From Pelagomonas calceolata (lineage: Eukaryota): a DNA stretch of 64,000 nt. The notes beneath the pieces are model-generated. The model saw only the letters and a program-made list of their open reading frames with translations. It did no database searches and was not told the origin of the DNA. Location of the stretch: the NCBI GenBank assembly GCA_918797485.1, contig CAKKNE010000004.1, forward strand, positions 2,108,001 to 2,172,000, read 5' to 3'. Below are positions 31,591 through 42,155 of the stretch, one piece after another. Numbering within the stretch: the stretch's first letter is position 1; the number at the start of each line of letters is the position of its first letter. The position numbers were made by a program, and so were the translations under genes.

Positions 31591-32148
31591 ATGGGCTTCC
31601 TTAGTATAGTAAGGAAGCTCCGCGAAAAGGAAAAGGAGATGAAATTGCTGATCATCGGCCTCGACAACGCGGGAAAAACCACCATAATAAGACGGTTTAA
31701 CGGCGAGCCCATCGACACGATTGCCCCCACCCTAGGCTTCGACATCAAGACCTTGCAGCACAAGCAATATACCCTAAACATCTGGGACATCGGCGGCCAG
31801 CAGACGATCCGGACGTACTGGCGCAATTACTTCGAGGTGACCGACGGGCTCGTCTGGGTCGTCGATTCTGCCGATAGGTGGCGCCTGGATACTTGTAGAG
31901 ATGAGCTCAAAGATTTGCTGCAGGAGGAGCAGCTCGGCGGGGCCTCTCTCCTAATCTTCGCGAACAAGCAGGATTTACCTGATGCCCTAAGTGTGGACCA
32001 GATCGCCGAGCACCTGGATCTCGGCGCGCCGCAATTTAAAAAAAGGCACTACTGCATCAAGGCGTGTAGCGCCCAGAGCGGGACGGGGCTGTTGGAAGGG
32101 ATCGACTGGATCGTCGACGACATCGGCGCTAGGGTCCTAAATCGCTAA
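31591..32148 (+). CDS. ARL2: ADP-ribosylation factor-like GTPase 2
   Basis: [61 protein letters not shown] and FANKQD. Confidence 0.93.
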   Translation: MGFLSIVRKLREKEKEMKLLIIGLDNAGKTTIIRRFNGEPIDTIAPTLGFDIKTLQHKQYTLNIWDIGGQQTIRTYWRNYFEVTDGLVWVVDSADRWRLDTCRDELKDLLQEEQLGGASLLIFANKQDLPDALSVDQIAEHLDLGAPQFKKRHYCIKACSAQSGTGLLEGIDWIVDDIGARVLNR

Positions 32149-34037
32149 GTTAATTCATCGTCGGAGTCGTCGCCGCAGTCCATGGCAGCTTTGGTCGCGG
32201 CCGCGGCGTCTTCATTATTTTTGGACGCATCCACAAAAGCCGCAACGGCCGTATCGACCTTGTCAAGGGGCAAGTCCAATTGGTCCGCGAGCGTATCGAG
32301 CGCCACCTCGTTCACGAGCCAGGCCGCGGCGTCGGCCGCGGACGCGTCGGAGGGCGCGCCGCACGACGCGCCGCGCTCGTGTAGTTGTCGCAAGTGGCAC
32401 GCCGAGGCCTGGAGCGTGGCCACCAGCTCCCCGACGCTCCTCCGATGCAACCTCCGCTTCACGGAATCCGTCGTCGAACAGACGGACTCGTCGTCGTCGA
32501 TGCCGCAGAACGGGTCTTTGACCACGTCGTCGGCCGTCGGCCGTTCCGCAGGATCCTTCGCCAGACATCTCGCGACGCAAGCTCGGAACTTTTCCGAGTA
32601 GTGGTCCGGCAATTGGGGCGGCGGCTCGTCGCGTATCGACTTTAGGAGCGACCAGTACCCGTCATCATTCTCCAGCGGCAGCTTCCCGAGCGCGACGTTC
32701 AGAAACGACAAGCCCAAGCTCCAGACGTCCGCCGGCGTCGAGTACTCGAGACCACCTATTCTTTCAGGAGACATGTACGTCACGGTGCCCACGAACGACC
32801 GCGCCGGACATAATCGAGAAGTCTTCGCGTCGAGCGACACCCTGGCCACACCAGGGTCGAGCATCTCCGGCGTCGATTCTTCGGTAACATGATCTCGCTC
32901 TTCCAACTTACGGACGACGCCAAAGTCCGACAATTTCAGGACGCCCTTGCGGTTGATGAGCATGTTCGCAGGCTTGAGGTCGCGGTGCACGTGCTTGGTG
33001 GAGTGGAGGTACCGCAGGCCCTTCGCCGCTTGCTTGTAGAGAGAAGCCAACACTCGTTCATCGCTCAACCCCCCATTATCGCAAATCTGCTGCAGGGACC
33101 CTCCGTCCATGTATTCCACCATGAGAGATACAGTAGCAGTAGACATGTTGGCAAACGCGTCGTAGAACTGGACGACGTGCTGCCTGTCGCTAGATTGGTC
33201 ATCCCTTAAAGCCCCATGGAGCGCTTTGAGCTCGTGGACCATCTGCCGTCTTTTATCCCTCTGTACTACTGGTATCGCCTTCATCGCGACATATCTCAAG
33301 TTCTTGAGGTCTAGTGCTTTGTGCACTCTGCCAGCCGCTCCTTGTCCTAGTTTCTCCAAGACCACAACTCTATCAGTCACCGGGACCGACTCTTCTGGTG
33401 TGCTTTCTAAACCGCAATCCCGTATTTTGTCCGCGACGCCGTCCAACCGAATGGCTCCAGACCGCGTGAAATAGAAGGACTCGTCTTGTGTAGTGACCTC
33501 CACGCTCCGCTTGAAGGACCCATTACTAAAGCGGCCCCTTCTTAACAGTGAAGCTCTAGCCGACGACACGGACTCGTCCTCGCTCTCGTTGTGGTCGCTC
33601 TCGTCCACTTGAATCCAGTCCGCCTCGTCCTCATACGATTCTAGGAGCCGCTGACCACCACTTCGTCGAGACCCGCGCGAGAGCCGCAGACTACCCTTGC
33701 GAGGGACCCTGTTGAAATTGAGTGGAGGCACCCGGAGCTTGGGCACCGATTGCGGCTCCTCCTCTCCATCAACGAGGACCGAGGCGCCGAAGACCGACGA
33801 AGGGGGCGCCAACCCAACTCGCGACGGCGAGGCCGCCTGGGGCACCTTCGCCGGGAGGCTCAGCCGAAACGACTGCGCGAGGCCCGCGATCGAGAGCTGC
33901 GAACCCGTGTCCGGCGCGTAGGACGACCGTTGCCGCAGCCTTCGCGGCGGGCTCGCGCAGGCGGCCTGGTGCGTCTCAATGGCGCGCTTGACGGCCGCGT
34001 CGGCGGCGGCCTGGCTGGCGCTGGGGGCAGCGCCCAT
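32145..34037 (-). CDS. MAP kinase kinase (STE7/MEK family), possibly N-myristoylated
   Basis: [56 protein letters not shown] and DVWSLG. Likely start MGAAPS. Confidence 0.88.
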   Translation of the reverse strand: MGAAPSASQAAADAAVKRAIETHQAACASPPRRLRQRSSYAPDTGSQLSIAGLAQSFRLSLPAKVPQAASPSRVGLAPPSSVFGASVLVDGEEEPQSVPKLRVPPLNFNRVPRKGSLRLSRGSRRSGGQRLLESYEDEADWIQVDESDHNESEDESVSSARASLLRRGRFSNGSFKRSVEVTTQDESFYFTRSGAIRLDGVADKIRDCGLESTPEESVPVTDRVVVLEKLGQGAAGRVHKALDLKNLRYVAMKAIPVVQRDKRRQMVHELKALHGALRDDQSSDRQHVVQFYDAFANMSTATVSLMVEYMDGGSLQQICDNGGLSDERVLASLYKQAAKGLRYLHSTKHVHRDLKPANMLINRKGVLKLSDFGVVRKLEERDHVTEESTPEMLDPGVARVSLDAKTSRLCPARSFVGTVTYMSPERIGGLEYSTPADVWSLGLSFLNVALGKLPLENDDGYWSLLKSIRDEPPPQLPDHYSEKFRACVARCLAKDPAERPTADDVVKDPFCGIDDDESVCSTTDSVKRRLHRRSVGELVATLQASACHLRQLHERGASCGAPSDASAADAAAWLVNEVALDTLADQLDLPLDKVDTAVAAFVDASKNNEDAAAATKAAMDCGDDSDDELT

Positions 34038-34384
34038 GGCTAGGGCAGCCCGCGCGCGCGGCGGGCTGCGTGCCGCGTTTTTGACGGGATCGGAGCCGGC
34101 GATCGGTCCGGGCGCGGGGGCTCCGGTTGTGGCGTGGGAGCAGGCTCGAGCCGCTGGAGGCGCTGCATGCACCTCTCTCGCAAGAGTTGGGCCCCCTAGC
34201 CCCCGATACTTCCGTGCACTGCGTGCCACGGCCTCGCGAGGCTTCTTTCGACGCTGGAAAGGACGTTTTGCTTGGGCCCTAGTAGCTCTATCGTGTAGCA
34301 TTTGCTCGATTCCGACTCGCGCGAGAAGCGACACTCAACCTCGCTTAAGGCTGCCCCCGTGCGCCGAAGGGCTGCCCCGCCACC

Positions 34385-34921
34385 ATGTTTATTACGAAGC
34401 ACCTCCTCGCGCTCGTCGCCCTCGCGGTTGGCGCCGCCTCCAGCTGCGACGTGTGCAGCAAAAAAGGATTTGACGTCAAGTGCGGGGTCTTCTGGCAGGA
34501 GGCCAAGAGCAAGTGGGGCGACTGGATTACGCTGGATGGTTGCATTTCGGACGTCTGCTGCGCTTCGAACGAAGACGACTGCTGCGAGGCGAACGTCGGC
34601 GCGATCGTCGGCCTCGTCGTAGCCATCGTTCTCTTCGTCGCCATGTGCTGCTATTTGTTTGCACCAGGCGAATCCATACTCGCGTACTGCCAGAACGACG
34701 ACGGCGTCGGCGTCCCGCCCGATAGTATCAAGCTGGAGAACTGCCGCCGGATCCACGCGCCGATGCGCGATTGGTACGCGGCGCCGGCGCAGCGCTCCCT
34801 GAGGGCGAAGCACGGCAACTTCCCGCGGGACCCCGAGGTCCTGAACGCCTGGTCGTCCTACGACGCCGTGGTCACAGCGTTCCTCGACTCCGCCCCAGGG
34901 CGAGAGAACGACTCCGTCTAA
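34385..34921 (+). CDS. Small type-I membrane protein with a Cys-rich ectodomain
   Basis: Signal peptide; CDVC...C...C..DVCCASNEDDCCE; TM segment VGAIVGLVVAIVLFVAMCC. Confidence 0.65.
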   Translation: MFITKHLLALVALAVGAASSCDVCSKKGFDVKCGVFWQEAKSKWGDWITLDGCISDVCCASNEDDCCEANVGAIVGLVVAIVLFVAMCCYLFAPGESILAYCQNDDGVGVPPDSIKLENCRRIHAPMRDWYAAPAQRSLRAKHGNFPRDPEVLNAWSSYDAVVTAFLDSAPGRENDSV

Positions 34922-35494
34922 CCAAGGAGAGTACCGTCTGACCAAGGAGGATACCCGTCGTCTAGCAATTCAAGTTCAAGTTCCCTCTACAAGTTCCAAT
35001 ACCTTACTCGCGATGCGCTCTAGTACGCGCACGCCGATCCGAATAGCCTCCTCGTGGCGCGCCCCGCGCTGCGCCACCACTCTTAACCTTAATATTCCCT
35101 TTAAACCCCGCTTATAAATGAGGGGCCACGTCCCCGTGGCGCGGCTCCAGGGCTACGCGGCGAGCTAGCGCCTGTAAGACACAACCTAGGTACCTACCCG
35201 GTTGGGCATCCTGACCGAGCAGGGAGAAGGCTCTTAGGAGCTTGTTCCTTTTTTTAGGTCTTCCTTAATTTATTTATTTATTTATTTATTCTAGGTAGCA
35301 AGGGGGGGGGTGTGCTTATGCTAGGGACTACTGGTAGGTACCATGGTACCGTACCTACGGTAGGTACCTACGGTACCGTAGTACCGTGATAGCAAGTACC
35401 AGTAAGCAAAACAGCTCTCTGGCCCGAGAAGGTCTGCTAGTTCACATATTACTGCCCTCTGGAAGTCCTCTGCGTAAAAATCGATGACATAGCA

Positions 35495-36730
35495 ATGGAC
35501 GCCGCCTGCTTGGTCCGAGCCAAAGAGCCGCCGCCGCGATGGCAAGACCAGGCACCGTGGCGCGGCGTGCCCGTGCGGTCCTCAGAAAGCGGCCTGCGGC
35601 TGCTCCAGATGCTGGAGGCCACGGACGAGAGCCCGCGCAAGGCCTCGTTATTAGTTATCGGCGCCCCGGACCGCGACGTCGCGGAGCTGCTCGAGAGCCT
35701 TGAGAACAAGGAAGGGTGGCGAGACGGGTTGCGAGGAGCATCACGAGTCGACCAACACTTTTTACTGGCGTTCGGCGACGCGCGGAGCCTCGCCGCGGCG
35801 GCGCGGGTCCTGGAAGACGACCTCTGTCGGGTCATCGTGGTCGACGACCGCCTCGACGACGTGGACGAGGACGACCATGCGGTACGGGAGCTGCCGACGT
35901 GCGCGTCTTGCTTCGACCGGCTAGATCTAGACGACGACGACGACCGCGAGCCGCGCAAGCCCAACGGTAGTTGCGCCACGTGCCGGGTCATGATGCACCC
36001 GTCGACGGCGCGGTGCGTCAGGTGCAACGACAGCAAGCACATCTGGGCCTGCCTCGTGTGCGGCGAACTGGGCTGCGGCCGCTACGCGCGGGAGCACGCC
36101 AAGGACCACGCCGCGGCGACGGGCCACGGCTTCGCGCTCGAGGCGGCGACGGGCCGCGTCTGGGACTACCACGGCGACCGCTTCGCGCACCGCGTGCGCG
36201 GCTCGCGGCGGTCCAGCGGCGAGATTTCGTGCCGGAGGGAGCTCCCCCAGCTGAAGCTGCGGAGCCTGGCGGACCGCTACGAGCGCGTCCTTTGTGAGCG
36301 ATTAGAGGAGCAGCGGCGCTTCTACGAGGAGAGATTAAGGGCCCTGCCGCCGCCGCCGCCGCGCGACGATGGCGCTCTGACGAAAGCGTGCGACCGAGCG
36401 AAAGCCGCGGCCGCGGCCTGGGCCGCGCGGGCCGCCTTGGCGGACGCTAAACTACGCGCGACGCGCGCGACGCACGAGAGGTTAAGGCGGGCGGCGGCTT
36501 TATCCAAGGCCAAGGCCGCCGCGGGCCGCGCGGCCGCGGCCGACGTGCGCCACGCGTCGCGATCGAGTCTGGCCGAGGCGAAGGCGCAGCTCGCGGATAT
36601 CGAATTTGCGTGCCGCGCCCGCCGGGAGCTCTCGACGTCCGAGGCCGCGGGCGGCGCCGTCGTGGGCGTGGCCGCTGCACCAGAACCACCACCGCGCCGG
36701 GGGAAGAAGAAGGGGCGGCGCCGATCTTAA
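35495..36730 (+). CDS. BRAP: BRAP2/ETP1-like protein (BRAP2 region, degenerate RING, zf-UBP, coiled coil)
   Basis: ELPTCASCFDRLD; zf-UBP IWACLVCGELGCGRYAREHAKDH...HGFALEAATGRVWDYHGDRFAHR; LEEQRRFYEERL. Confidence 0.85.
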   Translation: MDAACLVRAKEPPPRWQDQAPWRGVPVRSSESGLRLLQMLEATDESPRKASLLVIGAPDRDVAELLESLENKEGWRDGLRGASRVDQHFLLAFGDARSLAAAARVLEDDLCRVIVVDDRLDDVDEDDHAVRELPTCASCFDRLDLDDDDDREPRKPNGSCATCRVMMHPSTARCVRCNDSKHIWACLVCGELGCGRYAREHAKDHAAATGHGFALEAATGRVWDYHGDRFAHRVRGSRRSSGEISCRRELPQLKLRSLADRYERVLCERLEEQRRFYEERLRALPPPPPRDDGALTKACDRAKAAAAAWAARAALADAKLRATRATHERLRRAAALSKAKAAAGRAAAADVRHASRSSLAEAKAQLADIEFACRARRELSTSEAAGGAVVGVAAAPEPPPRRGKKKGRRRS

Positions 36731-36736
36731 AGTTGT

Positions 36737-38230
36737 TCACATGTCCCTTAGGCCCCGGACGACCTCCCGGGAAGAGGAGACCTCGCCGAAGTAGAGGCCC
36801 ACGGGCTGGTCCGCGTGGCCTTTCCGCACCTGTGGCTCGTTGATCAAATCAACAGCCTTCGCGTGCCAACTTGGGTCGAAGGCAGCGCAGGCGTCCTCGA
36901 CCAAACACACGCGGAAGAAGCGGTCGACGGCCTGGACCGCCGTCGCCATGACGCAGACGTTCGTCAGCACGCCGCACAGCAGGATGCGCCGGACGCCCCT
37001 TTGTCTCAACCGCGCCTCGAGGTCCGTCGACGCAAAGGCCCCGAAGGTCCACTTGTCCACGACGATCTCGCCGGGTTGCGCGCTGCACGCATCGCAGAGC
37101 TCGTACCCGCGGTCGCCGATCAGGTCGTCCCGGATGGAGGCGCCGTAGCGGTGCGACCGCGAGTGCGCGATCGTGAGCCCCGCGGTGCGCGCCGCCTTGA
37201 GTAAATCGGACGCCTTTCGCACCGCAGCATCGACGTTCTTGAGATCAGCGTAGCGGCCGCCGATGCGCCCCGTCGCCTCGACGAAGTCGCGCTGCAGGTC
37301 GATGCAGACGAGGGCCGTGTCCGACCGCGCGATACTAAATCGCCGGCCGTGGCGGCACGGGATCGCGGCGTCCGCCGGCGCGTCCGCGGCGCCTTCGACG
37401 GCCTCGCGGCGGCCCGCCGCCCAGACCTGCCAGACCGCGCGCCGCGCGAGGAAGCGGTGCGCGACGGAAGATATGATCGCGCCAGCGGCGAAAGCCGCAC
37501 ACTGGGGCGACTTCCGCGCCAGGACCGCGACGGCGGTGGCGGCGGCGACCGCGCCGAGGGGCAACGGCGCCGCGTCTCGGCGTTGCAGCGCCGCGGCCGC
37601 CTCCGCCAGCCCCGCCGCGGCCAGGGCGACTGCGGCGTCCGCGTCCGACAGCCGCTTGTTCAGCCGGGCGCCGCGCCCGCCGAGCCACGCGTTTGCCGCG
37701 CCGCTCGTCGGCGCGAGTAGCCCGCGCTCCCGCGCGAGCGCCGCGCCCGACGCAAAGGCTGTGACGCCGTCGCTCCGGTCGGACGGCGTGCGCACGAACG
37801 ACGGCTGCGCCGGCGCCGCGCTGACGACGGCGAGCACCGAGCAGCGCCGGGCCGAGGCGTCGCCGAGCACGTGCCGCGCCAACTTCCGCACCGCGTCGCA
37901 GGTCTCCGCCGCCTCGAGGTCCAGGACCACGGCGTCCGGCGCCATGGCCAGGTAGCGCGGCTCGCCGAGGAGCGCCCCGAGGCACGCGGCGCCATCGACG
38001 AGGTAGAGCTCGTAGACGTTGCCGTCGGCCGCGTCGCCCGTGACGACGCAGGCCGGGTTCGGCGCGTTATCCTCTTCGCGGCAGCCCCGCTCCTTGACGT
38101 CGAGGTAGGACCGGACGCCCCGCACCAACCCACTGCCCAGGTGGACGGCCGGCGCGCCAGGGGCGTCGAGGTTCTTGCGCAGGGGAAAGCCCTCCTGCAG
38201 CGTGCCCGAGACGGCGAGGATGCAGCGCAT
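36737..38230 (-). CDS. Fusion of an allophanate-hydrolase C-terminal/GGCT-like domain, a hydrophobic linker and an isochorismatase-family cysteine hydrolase (BiuH/RutB-like)
   Basis: N-terminus: LAVSGTLQEGFPLRKNL...VYELYLV...LLGEPRYL. C-terminus: D-K-C triad in TALVCIDLQRDF, IVVDKWTFGAFASTDLE and GVLTNVCV. Confidence 0.75.
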   Translation of the reverse strand: MRCILAVSGTLQEGFPLRKNLDAPGAPAVHLGSGLVRGVRSYLDVKERGCREEDNAPNPACVVTGDAADGNVYELYLVDGAACLGALLGEPRYLAMAPDAVVLDLEAAETCDAVRKLARHVLGDASARRCSVLAVVSAAPAQPSFVRTPSDRSDGVTAFASGAALARERGLLAPTSGAANAWLGGRGARLNKRLSDADAAVALAAAGLAEAAAALQRRDAAPLPLGAVAAATAVAVLARKSPQCAAFAAGAIISSVAHRFLARRAVWQVWAAGRREAVEGAADAPADAAIPCRHGRRFSIARSDTALVCIDLQRDFVEATGRIGGRYADLKNVDAAVRKASDLLKAARTAGLTIAHSRSHRYGASIRDDLIGDRGYELCDACSAQPGEIVVDKWTFGAFASTDLEARLRQRGVRRILLCGVLTNVCVMATAVQAVDRFFRVCLVEDACAAFDPSWHAKAVDLINEPQVRKGHADQPVGLYFGEVSSSREVVRGLRDM

Positions 38231-38526
38231 CGTTTCGGGGCAGCTTGTGCTTGTTATGCGAGACGCTCTGTCATTTTGAGTGTCGGGTTTCGGCCGCAGT
38301 GCGTAAGACTGGTATCGATGCGTCCTTAGATATCCTGCGTATTACGGGGCAGGTGAGCCAGACTACGGTAGAGACACTAGAGAGAATGATGAAGGATTTT
38401 GATCTGGCGCTACCGCAGGCAACTATCAGTGTGCTGCTGCGTAGCAGGGCCGTGTTTCCTAACATATCGAGGCCACCGCTCGGTCGCTGATTCGTGGGGC
38501 AGCCGCTTCTGCAAGCGACGGGAAGT

Positions 38527-41500
38527 ATGCGTGCCGGATGGTGCCTCGTCGTGTGGATGGCAGCGCTCCAGTGCGCGGCGGCCGAGAGGCTGCGGCTAAT
38601 CGACGACTTCGAGACGATAGAATGGCCCCGCGTCGATGCGGGCGAGTTCTGGGGCCTCGGCGAGGAAAATCAGCCGCTGACGGGCTCCGCGAACCTGAGT
38701 CTCGTGCCGCGCAACTCCTCGCTCGGCGGGTCGTGGGCGCTCCGCGTCGACTACGAGGTCGCGTGGCGGCATTGGTGGGGAGTGATCGGGGTGACCGCGT
38801 CAGCGTCGGCCGTGCCCTTTCTGGGGTCTTATCTTCCGTGCGCGAACGCGTCGCACCTCTCGATCAAGTACCGCGTCGCCGTCCCGCAGAACGACCAAGG
38901 ATTAGCCGTCTGGGGGATTGATCTGTGGGATGTGAGCAACGTCGATAGCCCTCTCGATATGCCCTCCAACTTGACTGATGACAGGATGGAATTGTTCATG
39001 CAAAATTTCCCATCCTGGGAATTGTACGGGGCCAGGGACTCGCACGTCCTCGACGACACCACCGGCGCATGGAAGGAGGTGCGGTTTCCCCTGTGCCACG
39101 GCGCGCTGGCGTTCAACATGATAGGGGCGGCTCGAGGCAACGGCGTGCTCGATCGCGACAAGCTCACTGGATATAATTTCGCTTTTACCGCAGACCCCGA
39201 TCGTGTTGAAGAGGTGGCGCGCGGTGCGATCGAGTTCGACGACCTGGCGTGCGTCGAGCCGGACGAATGGGTCGATCCCTGCGCCGCGCCCGACGTGTTC
39301 GAGAGCGAGAGCGTGCCTGGCGTGCGCTACGCGACTGCCAGTGCCTTTGCGAGCCATACCCTGAAGACCGACGTGTGCGACGAGCTGTGCGCGGCCGAGC
39401 CCGCGTGTCGCTTCTACGCGATCGAAACCACCTACGATTCTTGGGAAGTGGCGTTTCCGAGGTGCTACCTCTTCGACGCGCTAACACACGAAGACATAAT
39501 CCCAGCCGCGGAGATGGTCGACGTCCTTGCGTTCTGGGCGACGTCCGCTGCAAAGCGCGGGGCCCTCTGTGTGGTCTGCACCTGCGCTGACGGCACCGCG
39601 GACTGCCGCGACCGGGACCTCCAGACCGTTCCCGCGGCCGCCGGCGCCGACGCGACGACGCTCGACCTTTCGGACAACCCGCGGCTCACATTGGTCGGCC
39701 CGGGCGCCTTCGACGGTCTTGACGGTCTCGAAGTGCTAGTCTTGCCGAGTGGCGTCAAGCACCTGGCTCCCGAAGCTCTGGAATCGCTGCCGGCGCTGCG
39801 TGACGTATCCTTGGCCACGGGCGACGGGGTCACGCGGAACTTTGTCGACGCCTCGAGCACCGCGCGCTTTGACGATGTCTGCTGCCGACGCGAAGCATCT
39901 TCGCGGGCCGGGGTCTACTTCTGTGATTTGTCGCCGGACGAGCCCGGCGTCGTCGACGCGATATACGAAGAAACGAACGCCGACAATATCATCGCTGGCC
40001 TGTTCGACCACATGCGGACTCTCGACTCTATCACGCCCGACTCTCCGTTTCTGGCGGAGGCCGTCGAGTCCAAGGAGAAATGTGTGGCGTATTGCGAGAT
40101 GAAGGCCGAGTGCCAATCCTGCATGCACTTTACGCCATGGGTGGTCGGCGCGAGTCTCACCAATACGTGCTTACTCTACGGAGACGAGCCTCCTGCCAAT
40201 CACGCGGACAATTTCGTGCAGCGCGAGGTCGGCGGCGCATACATGGGACTGCCCCCTCGGACGCGCGCGGCGCTCGGCGCCGTCGTCGCGGCGTCGCCCC
40301 TGGTCGTCGAGCTTTCGGAAGCCAACGGCTACTCGAATACGTTCGAGGTCTCGCTCGGCGCGGATCCGCTGCGCGGCGCCGTGTGGATCACACCGCGACT
40401 CGAGGGCTTCGGCAACATGAGCCTTGCGTTCGACCCGCCCACCATCACGCTCTACGACGCGCAAACGGTCGTGACTGTCGCGGTCACCGTCCGCAGCGAC
40501 GAGGTCACCCGCGACCTGACGCCGACCGTCGCCCTCGACGTCGAGGCGTGCGACCGGGCCTTCGTCGCCCAGCAAGCGACTCTGCAGCTCGACGTCCTCG
40601 CCGCTGCCGTCGACGACGGCGGCACGCGCGTGTCCAACGCCGGCGCCGTGGTCGCGCTGGTCGTGGTCGCTTGCGTTCTCGTCGCGGCGGGCCTCTTCTA
40701 CTGCCTCGCGGCGGCGGTGCGGTTCGTTCGCAAGAAGCAGCAGCTCGAGATGGCGCGCGCGTTGCAGGTGAGAGATCAGGTGGCCGCCGCCGTCGAGAAA
40801 ATCCAGGAGTTCCAGGCAATATTTGCAACGCTCCCCGGCGACGCGTTTTGCGCGCTGGAGAAGCTCGTGCCGCACGAGGCGCTACGAAAGGACCTCGTCG
40901 TCTACGACGCGATCGCGGACGTCGCCGCCGCGAAACGCGAGGGTCTCGTCTTCGTGTTTCTCAGCCACCAATGGCTTGCGTTCGCGTCGCCGGATCCCGC
41001 GAACGTCCACTGCACGGCGATGCAGTCGGCCGTGCGAGCGGTCGCCGCGGCCGCGGGCGTGCCGCTCGCGTCGCTCCGCGTCTGGGTCGACTTCATATCG
41101 ATCCCCCAGCGGAACCGGTCCGAGCAGCGCCTCTCGATCGCGTCGCTGCCGACGTTCGCGTCTTTATTTCGGTGCGCCAATCAACTTTGACGGGGCATTT
41201 GGTCCAAGACTCACGGATCGATCTGTACGCAGGTCCTCGTGCGACTTCTTCGTGATAGTTGCGCCGGCCGCCAAACACGCCGACACGGGCTGCCTCTGCA
41301 ACGCGGAAACCTACCGGAAGCGCTCTTGGTGCCGGGCGGAGGTCATGAGCTGCTGGGCGCGCAACGGCCGGGGCGACATGTGGTTGAGCTCCAGCGACGG
41401 CCTCCGGCCGCTGGACGAGGCGACGCTACGGGAGGCGATCGACGTCGCGGGCGGGGACCTCACGTGTTGCCGGCTCCACCACGCCCGGGGCGACCCCTGC

Positions 41501-42155
41501 GATCGGGAAGCGTTGGTGCTTCCGCTGCTGGGATTATACGCGGAGATCTGTGTGGAAATCAAAATTTTACGGCGCGTTCGTGCTGAATCATCGCGTAGTC
41601 CTCCACGCCATCGACGCGACGCCTGCTCGATGGCGTGGCGATGCCGGTTCCTCGCCGCTCGACGGAGCCAGGTCGGCCGCGTCATCGCCGAGAAATGACT
41701 TAGTGAAGAATTGTCGGGTGCACCCGACACACTGGTTGATTTCCACACAGGCGGAGATCTTCCGGCATCGCCACGCGCCGCGGGGCCGGGAGGCCTACGA
41801 GTTCTTGGCGCCGATCAAAGAAACGTTGTTTCCGCGCACGTTCTCCTACACGTACCACGGCGCGGACGGCGGGGTCGAAAGCGCGGAGGAGACGCTCTTC
41901 GGCGACCTGCTGCGGGCCGTGGAGACGGCGGTCGAGCTCAGCGAGGCCGACGCGAGCAATCCGATCTGGCGCCGCGCGCTGCCGGACCTCTCCCCCGGGT
42001 CCACGGCGCAGCGGCACTCGCACCACCTCCGGACGACCAAGGGCGCGGCCGCGTCGACGCGGCACTACCTGTCCGCCGCGATGGCGTCCGCGTCGGGGGG
42101 CGTGGACCCGACGCAGGAGGCGGCCCGCGTCGCCATCGCGGTCGACGCGGAGTGA
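38527..42155 (+). CDS. Single-pass receptor-like protein: signal peptide, CBM-like beta region, PAN/apple-like and LRR ectodomain, TM, cytoplasmic HET/TIR-like domain; introns ~41160 (or 41172)-41232 and 41540-41750
   Basis: LRRNT/LRR: CTCADGTADCRDRDLQTVP...LDLSDNPRLT. PAN-like: CDELCAAEPACRFY and CVAYCEMKAECQS. TM: VVALVVVACVLVAAGLFY. Cytoplasmic: FLSHQW...VWVDFISIPQ...YRKRSWCRAE. Splicing joins three ORF-track frames. Confidence 0.75.
41540..41750 (+). mobile_element. Introner element (non-autonomous DNA transposon acting as a 211-bp GC-AG intron)
   Basis: Perfect 8-bp TSD GCGGAGAT (41540-41547 and 41751-41758). Perfect 15-bp TIRs CTGTGTGGAAATCAA (41548-41562) / TTGATTTCCACACAG (41736-41750). 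Excision gives in-frame GLY-AEIFR. Confidence 0.93.

Noticed and set aside
22715..32148. PLK4 and ARL2 as a centriole/tubulin gene cluster
   Set aside because: They are separated by unrelated genes, and proximity is expected by chance in a gene-dense genome.
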